Source of the DNA: Eledone cirrhosa
Taxonomy: Eukaryota
Reading direction: 5' to 3'
DNA: 64,000 bases
Assembly (NCBI GenBank): GCA_964016885.1
Contig: OZ024741.1
Location: forward strand, 61,814,001 to 61,878,000
In this document: positions 26,705 to 41,199 of the stretch, one piece after another
How the letters are laid out: the number at the start of each line of letters is the position of its first letter
How positions within the stretch are numbered: the first letter of the stretch is position 1
The notes under the pieces: model-generated
Database searches by the model: none
What the model was told of the DNA's origin: nothing
Seen by the model: only the letters and a program-made list of their open reading frames with translations
Program-made: the position numbers and the translations under genes

Positions 26705-27657
26705 ATTATAGTAATTGGCGTTAGCATCAAAGATGTTTTTATTAGAAGATAGGTTAGATATTATTTTTCCAATATTACTAACTATAGCATTCTTAATATT
26801 AGTGGGGTGGTTAGATTTAAAATTAACATAATTTAGGTTCTCATTGTTTTTATGGTAATGGTAATATAGGCCAGTGTCAAGATTAAGAGATACATCCAAG
26901 AAATTAGCTAGTTTGATGCTGTTATCAAATTCAATTTTTAAGTTATGCTGGTTAAAGAGATTACGTATATTGTTCTTAATAATATTAAGGTTAACTATGT
27001 TGCAATTTAAGATAGTAAAGAGTCCATCGTCACGATAAATTCCACCGCGAAGTTGAGGAATTTTCCGATTCAAAGAGTTCAAAATAAAGATACCAATTAA
27101 ATCTGTCAATTGGGATGAATCGGATGCTCCCATTGTGATGTCAAAGTTGTTAGAGGTATCAGCTCTGGTCCAATATTCATTGTTGAACTCTAGGATGGTT
27201 TTACGTGCGGTGAGAATGATGTGAAGTTCATCTGTGGTGATGTCTGGATATTTGTAAGCGAAAGATAGAGCATTGTTGAGAAGTGAGGGCGAAATAGAAG
27301 AATAGTAGCTGGCAATATCAAATTGAATAACTTTTTGTTTATTTTACTTATTCAATTTGTTGAACCAGCCAATCACTTCAGAAGTACCAAACCATAAATT
27401 TAAGTTCAAAGAAGAGCAATTAGAACGAACCTGTGGGATAATTCTATCCAAGATGACTTTGCTAACAACCCCCAAATTTGATTTAGAGGGGGCGATTAGT
27501 CTAACAGGTAGTTCAGTAAGAAAATTGTTTTTGTGATCCTTGAGATTTATCCTCGGAGTTCTTGGGAGGAATGGTTCGGTCTTTTTTCCGATGCCAAGTT
27601 TATTGACGTTGGATTTTAAAAACCTAGATTTTTAAAATCCAACGTCAATAAATACAC

Positions 27658-27712
27658 CATTTTGATGATTGAAAGCAACATTTTTTTGCTTTTAAGAAAC
27701 CACTGGTAAATG
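27658..27712 (+). ncRNA. Type I hammerhead motif with a C3>U core change
   Basis: CATT-TTGATGA-TTGAAAGCAA(loop)TTGCTTTTAA-GAAA-CCACTG-GTA^AATG. Confidence 0.7.
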
Positions 27713-27744
27713 AAATAATTGCCTTATGTTGTTTATTACATAAC

Positions 27745-27784
<40 letters not shown>

Positions 27785-27959
27785 CGTTTCTGAATTTGTT
27801 TAGCAAGATTCTTTATCTGAAAACGTGTGTTGAAACCGATATTGTTATACTTTGGGAGGGTCATGTTTCCAATAAGAAACACATGCACCAGTTGCTTTCA
27901 CTTCAATTTATTATAATAAATTTATAAATTTAGGAATTTCTAAATTTCCAGTTGGTTGG

Positions 27960-30900
27960 TTGGTTGGTTCTACAACCAGATGATTGTTTATATATATATT
28001 GTCAAAGTTCTTTCGTCACACATTCTGTGACCTCTTCAGTGACTGGGGATTCTTTTCTTTGTTTTTGTGCCTCTCCTTTGTTCTGTCCTACGCCATCTTG
28101 TTTGTGTGTGTGTGTTGTGTGCTTAGTTTGCGCATGTGTTACATCCGAGTGTCTGTGTGTGTTTATATTCGTTTATTTAATTGTTTATTTACATGTTACT
28201 GGTGGGTTGTTTTTTCTATGTGCGTGTGTGTTTTCATTTTGTCCTTAATTGTAAGTTGTGATGTTGCTGTTCCACTCGTGTTTTCTATTTAATTTTGGTT
28301 GGAGTTCATTTATGTTTATTGCCTCTGTGATTTGTCTAAACATTGCCTCTTTTCTGTGTGTAGATTCTATTTTTATTTCTGTTCTCTAATTTACCCTTAT
28401 GTTCTATGTTAGCATGTTGGTAGAGTACAGATGATTCTTTACTATCTTGAAGGTCTCACCAGTGTTCATTTATCCGTTCCCCTATACTACAAGCTGTCTC
28501 ACCTATGTACACTATATTTTTATCTCTACATTGTCCTTCAGTACATCTTATGCTATATACTACATTTCTAGTTTTACAGTTAATATGGGGGCTTAGTTTA
28601 CAGATTATATATTTCTTATCTATACAGGGAGGTCTTTGAAAAGGGTATGTATTGCTAATAAGTGTTTTTATGGAGGTACCTGGTCTTTCTACTATCTTAA
28701 TATTGAGTTTATGTTTATCTAGAGCCCTTCTAAATTTGTAAGCTAATTCACCTCTAGGGGTTGTATCGATGAACATTACACTCTGGTATTTCATACCATG
28801 AGTTTATTCTATTAGCTTTATTCCTAGTTCTTTCTATTCTATTCCAAAATTTGATCCTATACAAGGGGCAGGTCTCATTTGTGTCATTATTTACCATTTT
28901 TTCCCATTTGGTTCTGGCTCCTCTATATACTCTGATTTTATCTCTCTGATTGTAACCAGAGAACTGCATACGGTGGATGAAGTGTTGTATGTGTCTCTCT
29001 AGTTCTTCGGGGTTGCACATGCGGGACACGTTTCTCATCACCCGTAACAAATCCGCAATCAGTATGTTGATTTTGGTATGGTCCGAAACAGCTGTGTTTC
29101 GGTGGATCATATATTTGGAAGTCATGGGTTTGGCATAATGGGAATGGAGGATTTGTTTTTTGTTATTAATGGTATCTAACCAGAGCTCTGTGTCTAGTAC
29201 GGGTAATCGATGGTTGGGGTGTTTGTTTGGGTAGTCTATAGTAACTCTAATACTCTGGTGGATGGAGTTAGCTGTGTGCTGGATGCTTTCCATTGTGTTT
29301 TTCCATTCCTGACTGTTCTCTAGTGGGGGTGTTTTAACTACGATGTTTATATCATCAACGTAGCGGGAGTACATAATGAGGGTTAAGGGGGTCTTCTAAT
29401 TGTTCTTTAAGTTTAAGTTTAAGTCTACTGTCCCACCATACCATGAATAAGTTAGCTATGTCGTCTGCAATGCTAACACCAATGGCTGCTCCCTCCTCTT
29501 GGGCATATGTTTTTCCATTAAATTTGAACATATGTTCTTTAAGGGCTAATTTTATGCTGGCCCCCACCGCATGTGCAATCATTTTCTTTAGTTCATCGTG
29601 GTTTTCGGGGGTCCGAATGGCTCTGGTCCACCCGTTCCATCTATCTGTGTGGGTTTACTTGGCCATTGAGGTAATGGTAGGTGGTCTGCCTCTTGCTGGT
29701 CTAGTAGGGCACAGGTGGCTAAGGCCATATGTATCTAGATAATTATTACTATAGGTAAGTTTAAATAGGAGTCCCAGCTCACTGGTATCAATCCAACGGA
29801 ATTCAACATTGCTCTCACTGATCATTTCTACGCATTTCTCCACACCAAAATCCACGTCAATAGATGGATACAGGGACAGAACATCCATACTACCTATTAG
29901 GCAGTTTGTTAGGTCCCTAGATCGGTTACTCTCGCCGATTCTGCTGAGGAGGTCCTCCGTGCTGTCACATATATCTGGGGACATTTCAATGATGGGGCGT
30001 ATGATCAGGGAGAGGAAGTATGAAAGTCTGTAGTTGCTAGCAATGTTAGCTCCACAGACTGGCCGTGTTGGTGGTCCTGAGACAGGGTCACTGATCGTTT
30101 TATGGTCTTTTCGAAGCCCAAACAACGCTGGCACGCCATTGTTCCAGGCCTGGAAGTTGTTGGCAGTCCTTTTGTTGGGATGCATTATATTAGTCCACAT
30201 CATCATATGAGCATTGAGGGCTTTTTCCCTATCCTCATGCTCTTGTGGTGTTACTTCTGTTGTGTTAGTGATGTGGGTTGCATTGCCTGGGTGTAGTTTG
30301 GCAGACTGTCAACCGACAGTCTGCCAGACTTGTCTGTTGGAAAGCATGCTATCTCTCCATTACGCGTGCGCTGCATGAGCTTACGCAAGCCATTTGCAGA
30401 TTTTTCTCCCAGTTGCTGGGCCTCCATTCTATTATGCTTCTTGCTATACTGTTCTATAATATTTCTAAGTTTAGATCTAACTATACTAAATTGTGCTTCT
30501 GTTTGTTCATCGACCTGCCACGGCAATTGCGTGCGTTTGTTAAATGGTAAAGTCGTGGCGTGGACTCGTCGCAGATCGAATGATTTATCGGAGGGATTAT
30601 AAAAAGTAGAGTTCCAGGCTGCTGCTTTATGTGTACTAATGCTATTGTTATTGTTAGTTGTGTTGTTTCTATTTCTATTTCCACCAACAGCCTCATGGTT
30701 GTTTCTATGTCTCTCATTATTACTCCTGTCTCTTTCCTCTGGCTCATTGTTATTATCTACTCTATTTTGTGTGTCTGTGTGTTCGTCATGGTTATTTTCT
30801 CTGTCCATAGTCTCTCTTCTCCTTTCAATCCTATTACCTTCCCTTATTTCTGTGCTACTGTCATTACCTTTTTTCTGTGTCTGTGTGTTTGTAAAGGTTG

Positions 30901-31200
30901 TGGTGGTGGTGAGAGGCATTGAATGTGTGTGTGTTGTTGTTGTTGTTGATGTGTGTTGTTGTTGATGTGTATGTTATTATTGTTGTGTGTGTTGTTATTG
31001 TTGTTTGTGTCTGCGTGTCTGTTGTTGTTGTTTCTGAGTATGTTATTATTGTTGATGTGTGTGTTGTTGTTATTGTTGTTTGTGTCTGTGTGTCTGTTGT
31101 TGTTGGGATGTGTGTTGTATATGTGTGTGTGTGCGTGCATATGTTGTTACTTTTGTTTTTGTTTTTGAGGCTCCAACGTAATTTTGTAAATGATTTTTAT
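27960..31200 (-). mobile_element. Penelope-like element B (RT + C-terminal GIY-YIG), pseudogenised
   Basis: Frameshifted ORFs: FPTDKSGR, LFGLRKDHK..TRPVCGA, SMDVLSLYPSI, YSRYVDD, LPVLDTELW, NVVYSIRC..VYIGET..RINEH, RQITEAINI..KLNRKHEW (ends ~28246). Confidence 0.93.
28001..28043 (-). ncRNA. Type I hammerhead motif (PLE-B 3' UTR), slightly degenerate
   Basis: GTCA-CTGAAGA-G-GTCACA(GAATG)TGTGAC-GAAA-GAA-CTT^TGAC. Confidence 0.7.
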
Positions 31201-31526
31201 ATTTCTGACAAGCATTTAATCATATTTACCTTGTTATGTGTGGCATACTTCGGGGGCAGTTGTAATACTAATAATTCATCAGAGCCGACCGTAGTGTTGC
31301 CATATATATTTGTGTTGTTGTTGTTGAATTCATCTGTTAATAAGATGTCGGCCATATTTATTAGCTATCGTCACCAACGTATACTTTCCTGCCAGATTGT
31401 GGACGTATATACTTACCTTATGCATATTAACGGCTGAGTAGCCCAATTTGCATATCAAGTGGGTTAATCGGCCCGGTGCACCGAAAACGATAAACGGAAA
31501 AAATGAAACGAATATTTAAGTAACAA

Positions 31527-33238
31527 CCGTAACATGTCCATACGATCTGAGCCTTCTCTCCTGCACACCACACCTTATCCCTCTTATACCCAGTTTCTTT
31601 CTCAACTCGTCTATGCTTCGTCGTTCACGCACATTTACATTGCACATCCAACGGAGCATGCTTGCTTCATATCTCTCCAGCCGTCGCATATCTTCTGAAG
31701 TTGCTGCCCATGTCTCACTACCCATGCAGCATCGCACATGTCACACAGGCATCATATAACCGTCATTTTGTATGCAGGGAGAAACCCTTCTTTGTCAACA
31801 GAGGAAGCAGCTCCCTAAACTTCTTCCAAACCATCCTTATTCTAGATACTATGGCCTCGGAACACCCCTTCCCCTCCCATGCTAATCTGATACCTAGGTA
31901 CCGGAAGCTATCAACCACTTCTATAGAACCTACCGGCATTGGAAAAATGAGTTTATCACAGTGATTACTACTGCCAAATTTCCCTGTACATCTACTGCAT
32001 ACATAGTTTTCCCTACCTGTTAGTTTGCCTGCTATTCCGCTACATCTCTTGTGTACCCAAGACCTGCATTGCATACACTTTATGGAATTTATGCCAGTTC
32101 CTTTCCTACATATTTGAACATGGCCATTTCCCTGATGGAATCAGAGTATTGTCCTCTCTTCTATCTATCACTGCCTTTGTTTCAGCTATGTTCACTCTCA
32201 GGCCTCTTGATTCCAACTGCTGTTTCCATAGCCAGAATTTATTCTCTAGCTCCTTTAATGATTCTGCTATAAGAACCAGATCATCAGCATAGATAAGTTC
32301 CCATGGGTATCCAGTCTTAAACTACTCCGTTATGGTTTAGGGGACTATAATGAACAAGAGTGGGCTGAGGACAGAACTCTGATGTACTCCTCTTGTATCT
32401 GGAATTCCTCAATAAACTCCATTCCTATTCTCACTTTACTGACAGCACCCCTGTACATAGCTCACAAGCCATTCCTCTACACCTAGTTTCCTTAGTGACC
32501 ACCAGATGACAGATTGGGGTACCCTATCAAAGGCCTTCTCTAGGTCGACAAAAGGTAAGTATAGTGGTTTATTCTTCTTTAAGAACCTCTCTTGTAGTTG
32601 CCTCACTAAGAAGAGGACATCTGTTGTAATTTTCCCAGGCACAAAAGCAAACTGCATCTCATCTAAATTGACCCTTTCTCTAATCAGTTGCGCTAATATT
32701 CTCTCTGCCACTTTCATAACCTGATCCATCAGCTTTTTGCCCCTATAATTGCTCCTCTTTAGAGCATCCCCTTTACCTTTGTAACAATACTGCTGCACCA
32801 GGCTTTGGGTATGACACCACCATATATAGCTTGATTAATGATGCGTGTAACTAGTTTAGTGCCTACTTCTCCAGAAAGCTTCAGCATCTATTCCCGACAG
32901 CCCAGCAGCCTTACCATTCTTCATTTCCTTAATTGCCTCTTGTACCCTATATTCGTCAATCTCAATAGCTGGTCCCTCTGTTGGGTCTACTGGGGGTAAT
33001 TCCTCTCTGTCCCATCCGTTCTCTATATTCATCAGTCTCTCATAATGATATTTCCAGGTCACCTTCTTTCGATCATTCGTGAGACTAAGTACACCGGCAT
33101 CATTCTGGACACACTTATCTGCAACAACATCCTGACATGAACTGACACACTGCCTTGCAATGTGAAACACCGCACGTCTTTGATCTTCCCATCACAGAAC
33201 ATTGACAAACCTCCTACTATCAGCCAACCCTGCATGCT
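31527..33238 (-). mobile_element. Decayed RTE LINE RT region
   Basis: CYKGKGDALKRSNYRG, FVDLEKAFDRV, WVHKRCSG and VVDSFRYLG; multiple frameshifts. Confidence 0.92.
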
Positions 33239-33582
33239 AATAATATATATATATAATATAGTATATATATTATTTGTATATATATTATATATATATATTA
33301 TATATATATTATATATATATTATATTATATATTATATATATTATATAATATATTATGATATATTATATATATTATATATATATTATATATATTATATAAT
33401 ATATTATATATATATATATAATATATATATAATATATTATATAATATATTATATATATTATATAATATATATATATATATCATATATATATATTATATAT
33501 ATCTATATATTATATTATATATATATATATATATTATATAATATATATATATATCTATAATATATATATGTCTCTATATATC

Positions 33583-33627
<45 letters not shown>

Positions 33628-33666
33628 CTCTATATATCTATAATATATATATATATATCTATATAT

Positions 33667-33717
<51 letters not shown>

Positions 33718-34069
33718 TATATATATTAAATATATATATAACTATAATATATATACATATATATATATTATATATATTATATGTATATATATTTTATATG
33801 TATATATATTTTATATGTATATATATTATATGTATATATATTATATATAAATTATATGTATATATATTATATATATATTATATGTATATATATATTATAT
33901 ATATATAATATGTATATATATTATATATATATATGATATGTATATATATTATATATATATTATATGTATATATATTATATATATATGATATGTATATATA
34001 TTATATATATATTATATGTATATATATTATATATATATTATATGTATATATAATATATATATATAATAT

Positions 34070-34100
<31 letters not shown>

Positions 34101-35119
34101 CATCATCATCATCATCATCATCAGGTTTAGCGTCCGTGTTCCACGCTTGCATGGGTTTGGACGGGGGTTTTCCCACTTGAGGCAAGAGTGGTTGTCTTGC
34201 TCGCATAGGACTGTCTGGCGGGTTTTCTACAGTTGGATGCCCTTCCTAACACCAACCACATTTACAGTGTGGGGCTGGGAGGTTTTTACTGTGTTGCCTA
34301 CACGGCCACATTACAGCGTGGACTGTCTGGCGGGTTTTCTACAGCTGGATGCCCTTCCTAACACCAACCACATTTACAGTGTGGGGCTGGGGGGTTTTTA
34401 CCGTGTTGCCTACACGGCCACATTTACAGCGTGGACTGTGTGTTTTTTTGTCGTGACACCTACACGATCTCATTTGTTTCGGCCTGGATGTTGTGGGACC
34501 AACATAACTTTACATTGAAAGGGGCGGTGTGGATGGGGTGGAGGTGGTGGGACGGGGGGGGGGGGGTTGATAGAGATGCATACTGACTGTAGTAGGTTTT
34601 TACTTTGTATTTAGGTAAGGCGGGTCTTCTCTATTACTCAGTACCACCAAAGGTCTCGGTCCAGTGACATTGTCTTGGAGAGGTGTAAGCGTGTGAGGTC
34701 GGAATTTATCAGCTCGTCCCATGTTTTTCTGGGTCTGCCTCCTCCGTGGCTACCGTCTATCTTTATTGCCCTGCACTTTGTTATACAGCTGTCGTCTTTC
34801 ATGCGCGTCACGTGACCGTACCAACGTAGCCTTCTCTCGAGTAAACAACATCTGATCCCTCTTATTTCTAATTTTTTCCTTAGTTCGTTTATGCTTTGTC
34901 GTTCACGTATATTACTATTGCACATCCAGCGGAGCATGCAAGCTTCGTTCCTCTCTAGTCTGCGTATATCCTCTGCACACAATGCCCAGGTCTCACTGCC
35001 ATGCAGCATTGCTGTTCGTATGCAGGCATCGTATAACCTGCCTTTCATTTTTAGGGAGAACCCTCTAGCGGTTAATAGTGGTATAAGCTCTCTGAACTTT
35101 TTCCATCCAGTTCTGACTC
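34101..35119 (-). mobile_element. 5'-truncated young RTE copy with a complete 3' UTR and (GAT)n tail
   Basis: 34570-35119 is close to identical to the 3' end of the long RTE (~22431-22980). The UTR holds a 112-bp tandem duplication (34208 and 34320) with the GGAAGGGCATCCAGCTGTAGAAA motif. Confidence 0.93.
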
Positions 35120-35240
35120 ATATATATAATATATATATATATATTATATATATATATATATTATATATATATATATATAGATTATATATATATATATTAT
35201 ATATATATATATACATATAATATATATAATATATATATAT

Positions 35241-35272
<32 letters not shown>

Positions 35273-35545
35273 ATAATATATACATAAATTATATATATAA
35301 TATATACATATAATATATATATATATGTTATATATATATATATAATTTATATATATATATAATATATACATATAATATATATATATATAATATATACATA
35401 TAATATATATATATATAATATATATATAGTATATACATATAACATATATATATATAATATATATACATATAATATATATATATATATAATATATATATAA
35501 TATATACATATAATATATATATATATATAATATATATATAATATA

Positions 35546-35576
<31 letters not shown>

Positions 35577-35806
35577 CATATAATATATATAATATATATA
35601 TATATTATAGATATATATATATATATATTATATATATATATATATATATTATAGATATATATATATATTATAGATATATATATATATATATTATAGATAT
35701 ATATATATTATATATATATATATATATATATTATAGATATATATATATATATATTATATATATATATTATATATATATATTATATATATATATATATATA
35801 TTATAG

Positions 35807-35839
<33 letters not shown>

Positions 35840-35935
35840 ATATATATATATATATATATATATTATAGATATATATATATATATATATTATAGATATATA
35901 TATATATTATATATATATATATATATATATTATAG

Positions 35936-35995
<60 letters not shown>

Positions 35996-36047
35996 ATATA
36001 TATATATATTATATATATATATATATTATAGATATATATATATATAT

Positions 36048-36109
<62 letters not shown>

Positions 36110-36159
36110 ATATATATATATATATTATTGATATATATATATATAATATATATATATTA

Positions 36160-36206
<47 letters not shown>

Positions 36207-36228
36207 GATATATATATGATATATATAT

Positions 36229-36260
<32 letters not shown>

Positions 36261-36329
36261 ATTATATATATATTATATATATATTATATATATATATTAT
36301 ATATATATGATATATATATATTATATATA

Positions 36330-36377
<48 letters not shown>

Positions 36378-36436
36378 AGAGTGGGAAATGAAATTTTGTT
36401 TCATTTTTTCAGTTTATATATATATATATAATATAT

Positions 36437-36787
36437 GGAGTCATATGGCATAGTGGTTAGAGCATTGGCCTTACACTCGAAAGGTTATGAGTTCTATTCT
36501 CAGACCGGGTGATGTGTTGTTTCCTTGAGCAAGATACTTTATTTCACATTGCTCCAGTTTACTCAGCTGTAGAAATGAGATGATAGGGACTGGGGTCCAT
36601 ATCATTCCACTGCAAAGTGGTCATGGAGGTGCCATGGCAAAAAAGCACCGAGCACTCACTGTAAATGAGGTTGGTGTTAGGAAGGGCATCCATCTGTAGA
36701 AATCAAGCCAGAATCAGTTCCCGTCCCACCCTTGCAAGCAGGGAAAAAGCGGACGTAAAATGAAATGATGATGATGATGATGATGAT
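36437..36787 (+). mobile_element. tRNA-derived CORE-like SINE, family B, with an RTE-type tail
   Basis: TGGCATAGTGGTTAG A-box, CCTTGAGCAAG..ACTCAGCTGTAGAAATG core, AGGAAGGGCATCC tail and (GAT)n; near-identical copy at 56881-57268. Confidence 0.88.
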
Positions 36788-36815
36788 ATATATAATATAT
36801 ATATATATATATAAA

Positions 36816-36980
36816 ATTGTTTCTACTTTTTGGCATAAGGCCAGCAATTATCCCAGTGTATTACTGGTACTTTATTTTATCGACCCCGTAAGGATGAAAG
36901 GCAAAGTTAACCTCAGCGGGATATGAACTCATTCCGTAAAGGGACTTAACTGTTCTGCAAAGCATGGCGCCTGACCCTCT
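36816..36980 (-). mobile_element. SINE family A
   Basis: Reverse complement of 26516-26704. Confidence 0.85.
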
Positions 36981-36992
36981 CTCTCTCTATAT

Positions 36993-37034
<42 letters not shown>

Positions 37035-37053
37035 ATATATAATATATATATAT

Positions 37054-37097
<44 letters not shown>

Positions 37098-37147
37098 AAT
37101 ATATATATATATATTATATATATATATATAATATATATATATATTAT

Positions 37148-37189
<42 letters not shown>

Positions 37190-37366
37190 ATATTCTATAT
37201 ATATATATATTATATATATATATAATATATATATTATATATATATATATTATATATATATATAATATATATATATATATATTATATATATATATATTATA
37301 TATATATATAATATATATATATATATATTATATATTATATATATATATATAATATATATATATTAT

Positions 37367-37410
<44 letters not shown>

Positions 37411-38196
37411 TATATATATATATATATTATATATATAATATATATATATATATTATATATAATATATATATATATATAATATATTTATATATTATATATA
37501 TATATTATATATATATATATTATATAGATATATTATATATATTTATAATATATATATATAATATATAATATATAATATATATATAATATAGATTTTGAGT
37601 ATAATATATATAATATACATATATATATATTTCATATATATATAATATATATATAATATATATATAATATACATATATATATAATATATATATATATATA
37701 ATATATATATATAATATATATAATACATATATTATAATATATACATATATAATATATATAATTTATTTAAATATTATATATATATATATAATATATATAT
37801 ATATACAAATATGTACATAGATATATATACACACATATAACATGTATAAAAGAGAAAAACTACATCAGACTATTATACTTATTGTAAAACTGTCAGACAG
37901 TTCACTGAAATTGCTTCATTAAACAGCATCAACATTAACAACAACATTGTTAATATCAACAACAACATTGCTAGCAACAACAACAAAAATACTAACAAAA
38001 ACACAAATCCCAACACAAAAATAAAGAACTGAGTGTATGAAATTCAGGGAGACATGTTGATGTTTTGAACAACTCATGTTTTGAACAACTGTCATGTTGA
38101 AATATATTTTAAACGGCAAGTAAGTATGTTTTGAAACAGTGAGCAGGTTTGAAATTAGAAAATAGAATAGCTTTCACCGTATTTTTGACTAAAGGA

Positions 38197-38326
38197 ATTT
38201 TAGCGTAATAATGAGGTTTAGAACCCTCAGATAAATGGAAAAAGATGAGTATTGACATACATGGGAGTCAATACTCATCTTTTTCCCTTTATCTGAGGGT
38301 TCTAAACCCCATTATTAGGCTAAAAT
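38197..38326. repeat. Hairpin / foldback MITE with 60-bp arms and a 10-nt loop
   Basis: 38197-38256 is the reverse complement of 38267-38326 with about 3 mismatches. Confidence 0.9.
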
Positions 38327-40867
38327 ATTTTAAACATTTCTTAGTGAATACCACTGTGGATTACCATATTTCCTTAAATTGGTGGCTGAATAGACAGATG
38401 GATATCTGTTGGTTTGTCTGTCTGTGTAAATATAATTTGAATGGCGTAGACATAAGTTCATAAGTCATAGAGAAGGCAACCCATCTAGATTAGTAGTCAC
38501 TGAGAATAAACACTAATTCAAATTAGAGAGGGCTTTTAGACAACTTACACTAACTGCCATTTTGAAATAAATTTTAACAACATTTCTCAGTGAATAATGC
38601 TGTTGACTTCCATATTTCCTTAAATTGGTGGCAAGCTGGGTAGCTAGGAACAGTGAGACACAGAGATAGACAGACAGACAGACAAATAGATAGATAGACA
38701 AGCAGATCAACACCATTTTAAGTCTGCTTTATATGCCTATGATTATTTAAAAATCACAGGCAGCATCATTTGTTAGAAATATGGTAATGAATAGATAAAA
38801 GAGTTGATCAGTATGGAAGGGGAGAGTTTAGTAGATATTGTCAGTTTCTTTCTATTTAACTATCTACCCCCCCCCCTCTCTCTCTCTATATATAGTAAGG
38901 GAAGAGGCTTTTATAATGAAAAAATAAAAGCTTCTTTTTCCCTTATTAAAATACTCCATTTAGGGAACCACAGCATGGAGTGTTTTAGCTGGAACACACT
39001 AGAGATTGTTGACCTAAAAGATCAACAACAAATTACTAGTGGTTGTGTAGATGTCACAACAAAAAGCACCCAGCACACACCGTAAATGTGGTTGGCATTA
39101 GGAGGGGCATCCAATCATAGAAACCAAGCCAGAAACAGTACTGAGTGAGCAAGACAGTCACCCGACCCAACTTGCCTCAGACGGGACTACCTGTCTAACC
39201 CATGTTAGCGTGGAAAAATGGACATTAAATTGTGATGATGATGATGAAACCATATATTATACTTGTTTAGATACAATAAACACATGAAAGCCTTGCTATA
39301 AAAAAAATATATTTTTGTTATGAAAAAATATTTTTTTCCTTTGACAGTGAGGCTCTCATGTTTATTGTATCTAAACATATAGTATATACTTTCATATATA
39401 CCCCTATTATGCTTAATGCTATCTTAGTGCTACTGCCAGTTAATTGCATACATATATATATGTAAAAGGTAAACAGAAATAACAAATCAAACGGTACAGT
39501 ACATGGAAGGTATATATATATATATATATCATCATCAATTTACGTCTGCTTTTCATTGCTTGCAAGGATATATACATATGTGTGTGTGTGTGTGTGTGTG
39601 TATACATGGTAGTGCTAGTACCATGATAAAATGCACCTTATACTCTCTGCAATATGGTTGAAGTTAAGAATAGCATCCAACTGTCAAAACCATGCCAAAG
39701 ATAGAACATATGAACTTCATTCTTGACTTTGAAAATATTGCAGGAAGGGGAAGAAAAAAAACAAGACAGGATAAATAAATAAATGAATAAGCAAATAAAT
39801 AAATAGATAAACAAATAAAGCTAAAAAAAACAAACCTATTTACCTATTGTTTTAGTCTTAGTTTTGATTGAGATCATATGTTCCTGAGATGGAGGAAAGA
39901 AAACTGTTCACTTAACCATGTAATCTACATTTCTGCAGCTGAAGTGACTACAAGCTGTTTAGAACATAACAAGCTATTTAAGCATCATTTTTGCTGCAAA
40001 ACACAGATTTGCTAATTATCTTAAGCAGGAATTCTAGGGAGGTAATGAGGAGATTTTTGCTTGATTAGCTAGTGATAATATATATTATGATTTTCCAAAA
40101 AGAGAATTGACAGTGAATGATGATCATTTCAGAACTGAAAAAAAAATCTTGAACTATTTTGTCATAATTTCAGTTACAACTATTTTTGCTAATGATTTCC
40201 TTGGCATCACAGTTTCTGGATAAGAAGAGCAAACCAGCCAAAGAGGACGTTTTAAAGATTAGTTTGGTGCAATATAAGGTTTGGTAAAGCTATATATAAG
40301 CCAGTTGTTTATGACAATGTTCATAATTAATTAGGAACAGACATGGCTTTAGAGGCCCAGACATGCCTATGTGGTTAAGCCTTTTGTAGTCTAACCTTTC
40401 GGAAAACATTTCAGAGCTAAAAATAAAATCTGTTGTGATTGAATTAACTTCAAACCCAAATTCAAAAATAAGTGAAGGTATGACTGTGAGGTTAAGAAGT
40501 TTGTTTTCATCCATGTGGTTCTTGATTCACTTCCACTGCATGACACCTTGAGTAGATGTCATCTATATTTACACTTGGTTTTATCAGTGCCTTGTGGATG
40601 GAATTTGGTAGACAGAAACTACAGAAACCCATTGTATGTAGACACACACATATATACATATAACCCATGCTAGCAAGGAACTTGGATATTAAATGATGAT
40701 ATATATATATATATATATATATTGAGTATATGTTGGCTGTATACCAACATCTCAGTATGCAGATTGGAGCACTCGACGAAGTGCACAGGTTAGTTTGGTT
40801 ACTCCGGAGTAATGTAAAATAAACTAAAATAAATAAGTCAAATATTTAAAATTTGGCTTTGTTTATT

Positions 40868-40922
40868 ACTGCTATATATATTTCGGTGACAGCCATCTTT
40901 GGCTATGACGTCTTCAGGCAGT
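40868..40922 (-). ncRNA. Type I hammerhead motif (left arm of the palindrome)
   Basis: ACTGC-CTGAAGA-CGTCATAGCC(AAAGAT)GGCTGTCACC-GAAA-TATAT-ATA^GCAGT. Confidence 0.8.
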
Positions 40923-41144
40923 CCGGATTAGTATGGTAGAGGCGAGTACACATGTTGTTGAGGTGTTTAACTTTGTCAATACACTATGCCCAGTTCCTGG
41001 TTGGGTTGTTATTTCACTGAGGAACTGGAATGATTCCAGTTCCTCAGTGAAATAACAACCCAACCATGAACTGGGCATATCAGAGTATTGACAAAGTTAA
41101 ACACTTCAACAACATGTGTACTCGTCTCTACCACAATAATTTGA

Positions 41145-41199
41145 ACTGCCTGAAGAGGTCACAGCCAAAGATGGCTGTCACCAAAATATATATAGCAGT
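41145..41199 (+). ncRNA. Type I hammerhead motif (right arm of the palindrome, GAAA>AAAA)
   Basis: ACTGC-CTGAAGA-GGTCACAGCC(AAAGAT)GGCTGTCACC-AAAA-TATAT-ATA^GCAGT. Confidence 0.7.

Larger units (their letters stand above)
23037..27625 (-). mobile_element. Penelope-like element A (5'-truncated RT + GIY-YIG + 3' UTR), interrupted by a Helitron and SINEs
   Basis: Minus strand reads LKDHKNNF..VRLIAPSKSNLG, FDIASYYSSI, GIYRDDG and FLDVSLNL, then CNC..CPLNNHC-LIYEC..YFGST..CNLC..CLH. Hammerhead in the 3' UTR. Confidence 0.9.
33240..37810. repeat. Large complex (TA)n tracts at 33240-34100, 35120-36375 and 36990-37810, hosting insertions
   Basis: Nearly pure A/T dinucleotide runs with TTATAGA and TATACATA interruptions. 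Confidence 0.97.

Noticed and set aside
28456-28458. Selenocysteine read-through at the TGA in the PLE-B endonuclease
   Set aside because: The codon is not at a Cys position, the element has several frameshifts, and no SECIS was recognised.
31240-31500. Hammerhead at the PLE-B 5' end (CTGATGA on minus, CTGAGTA on plus)
   Set aside because: No consistent stem I/II/III could be built.
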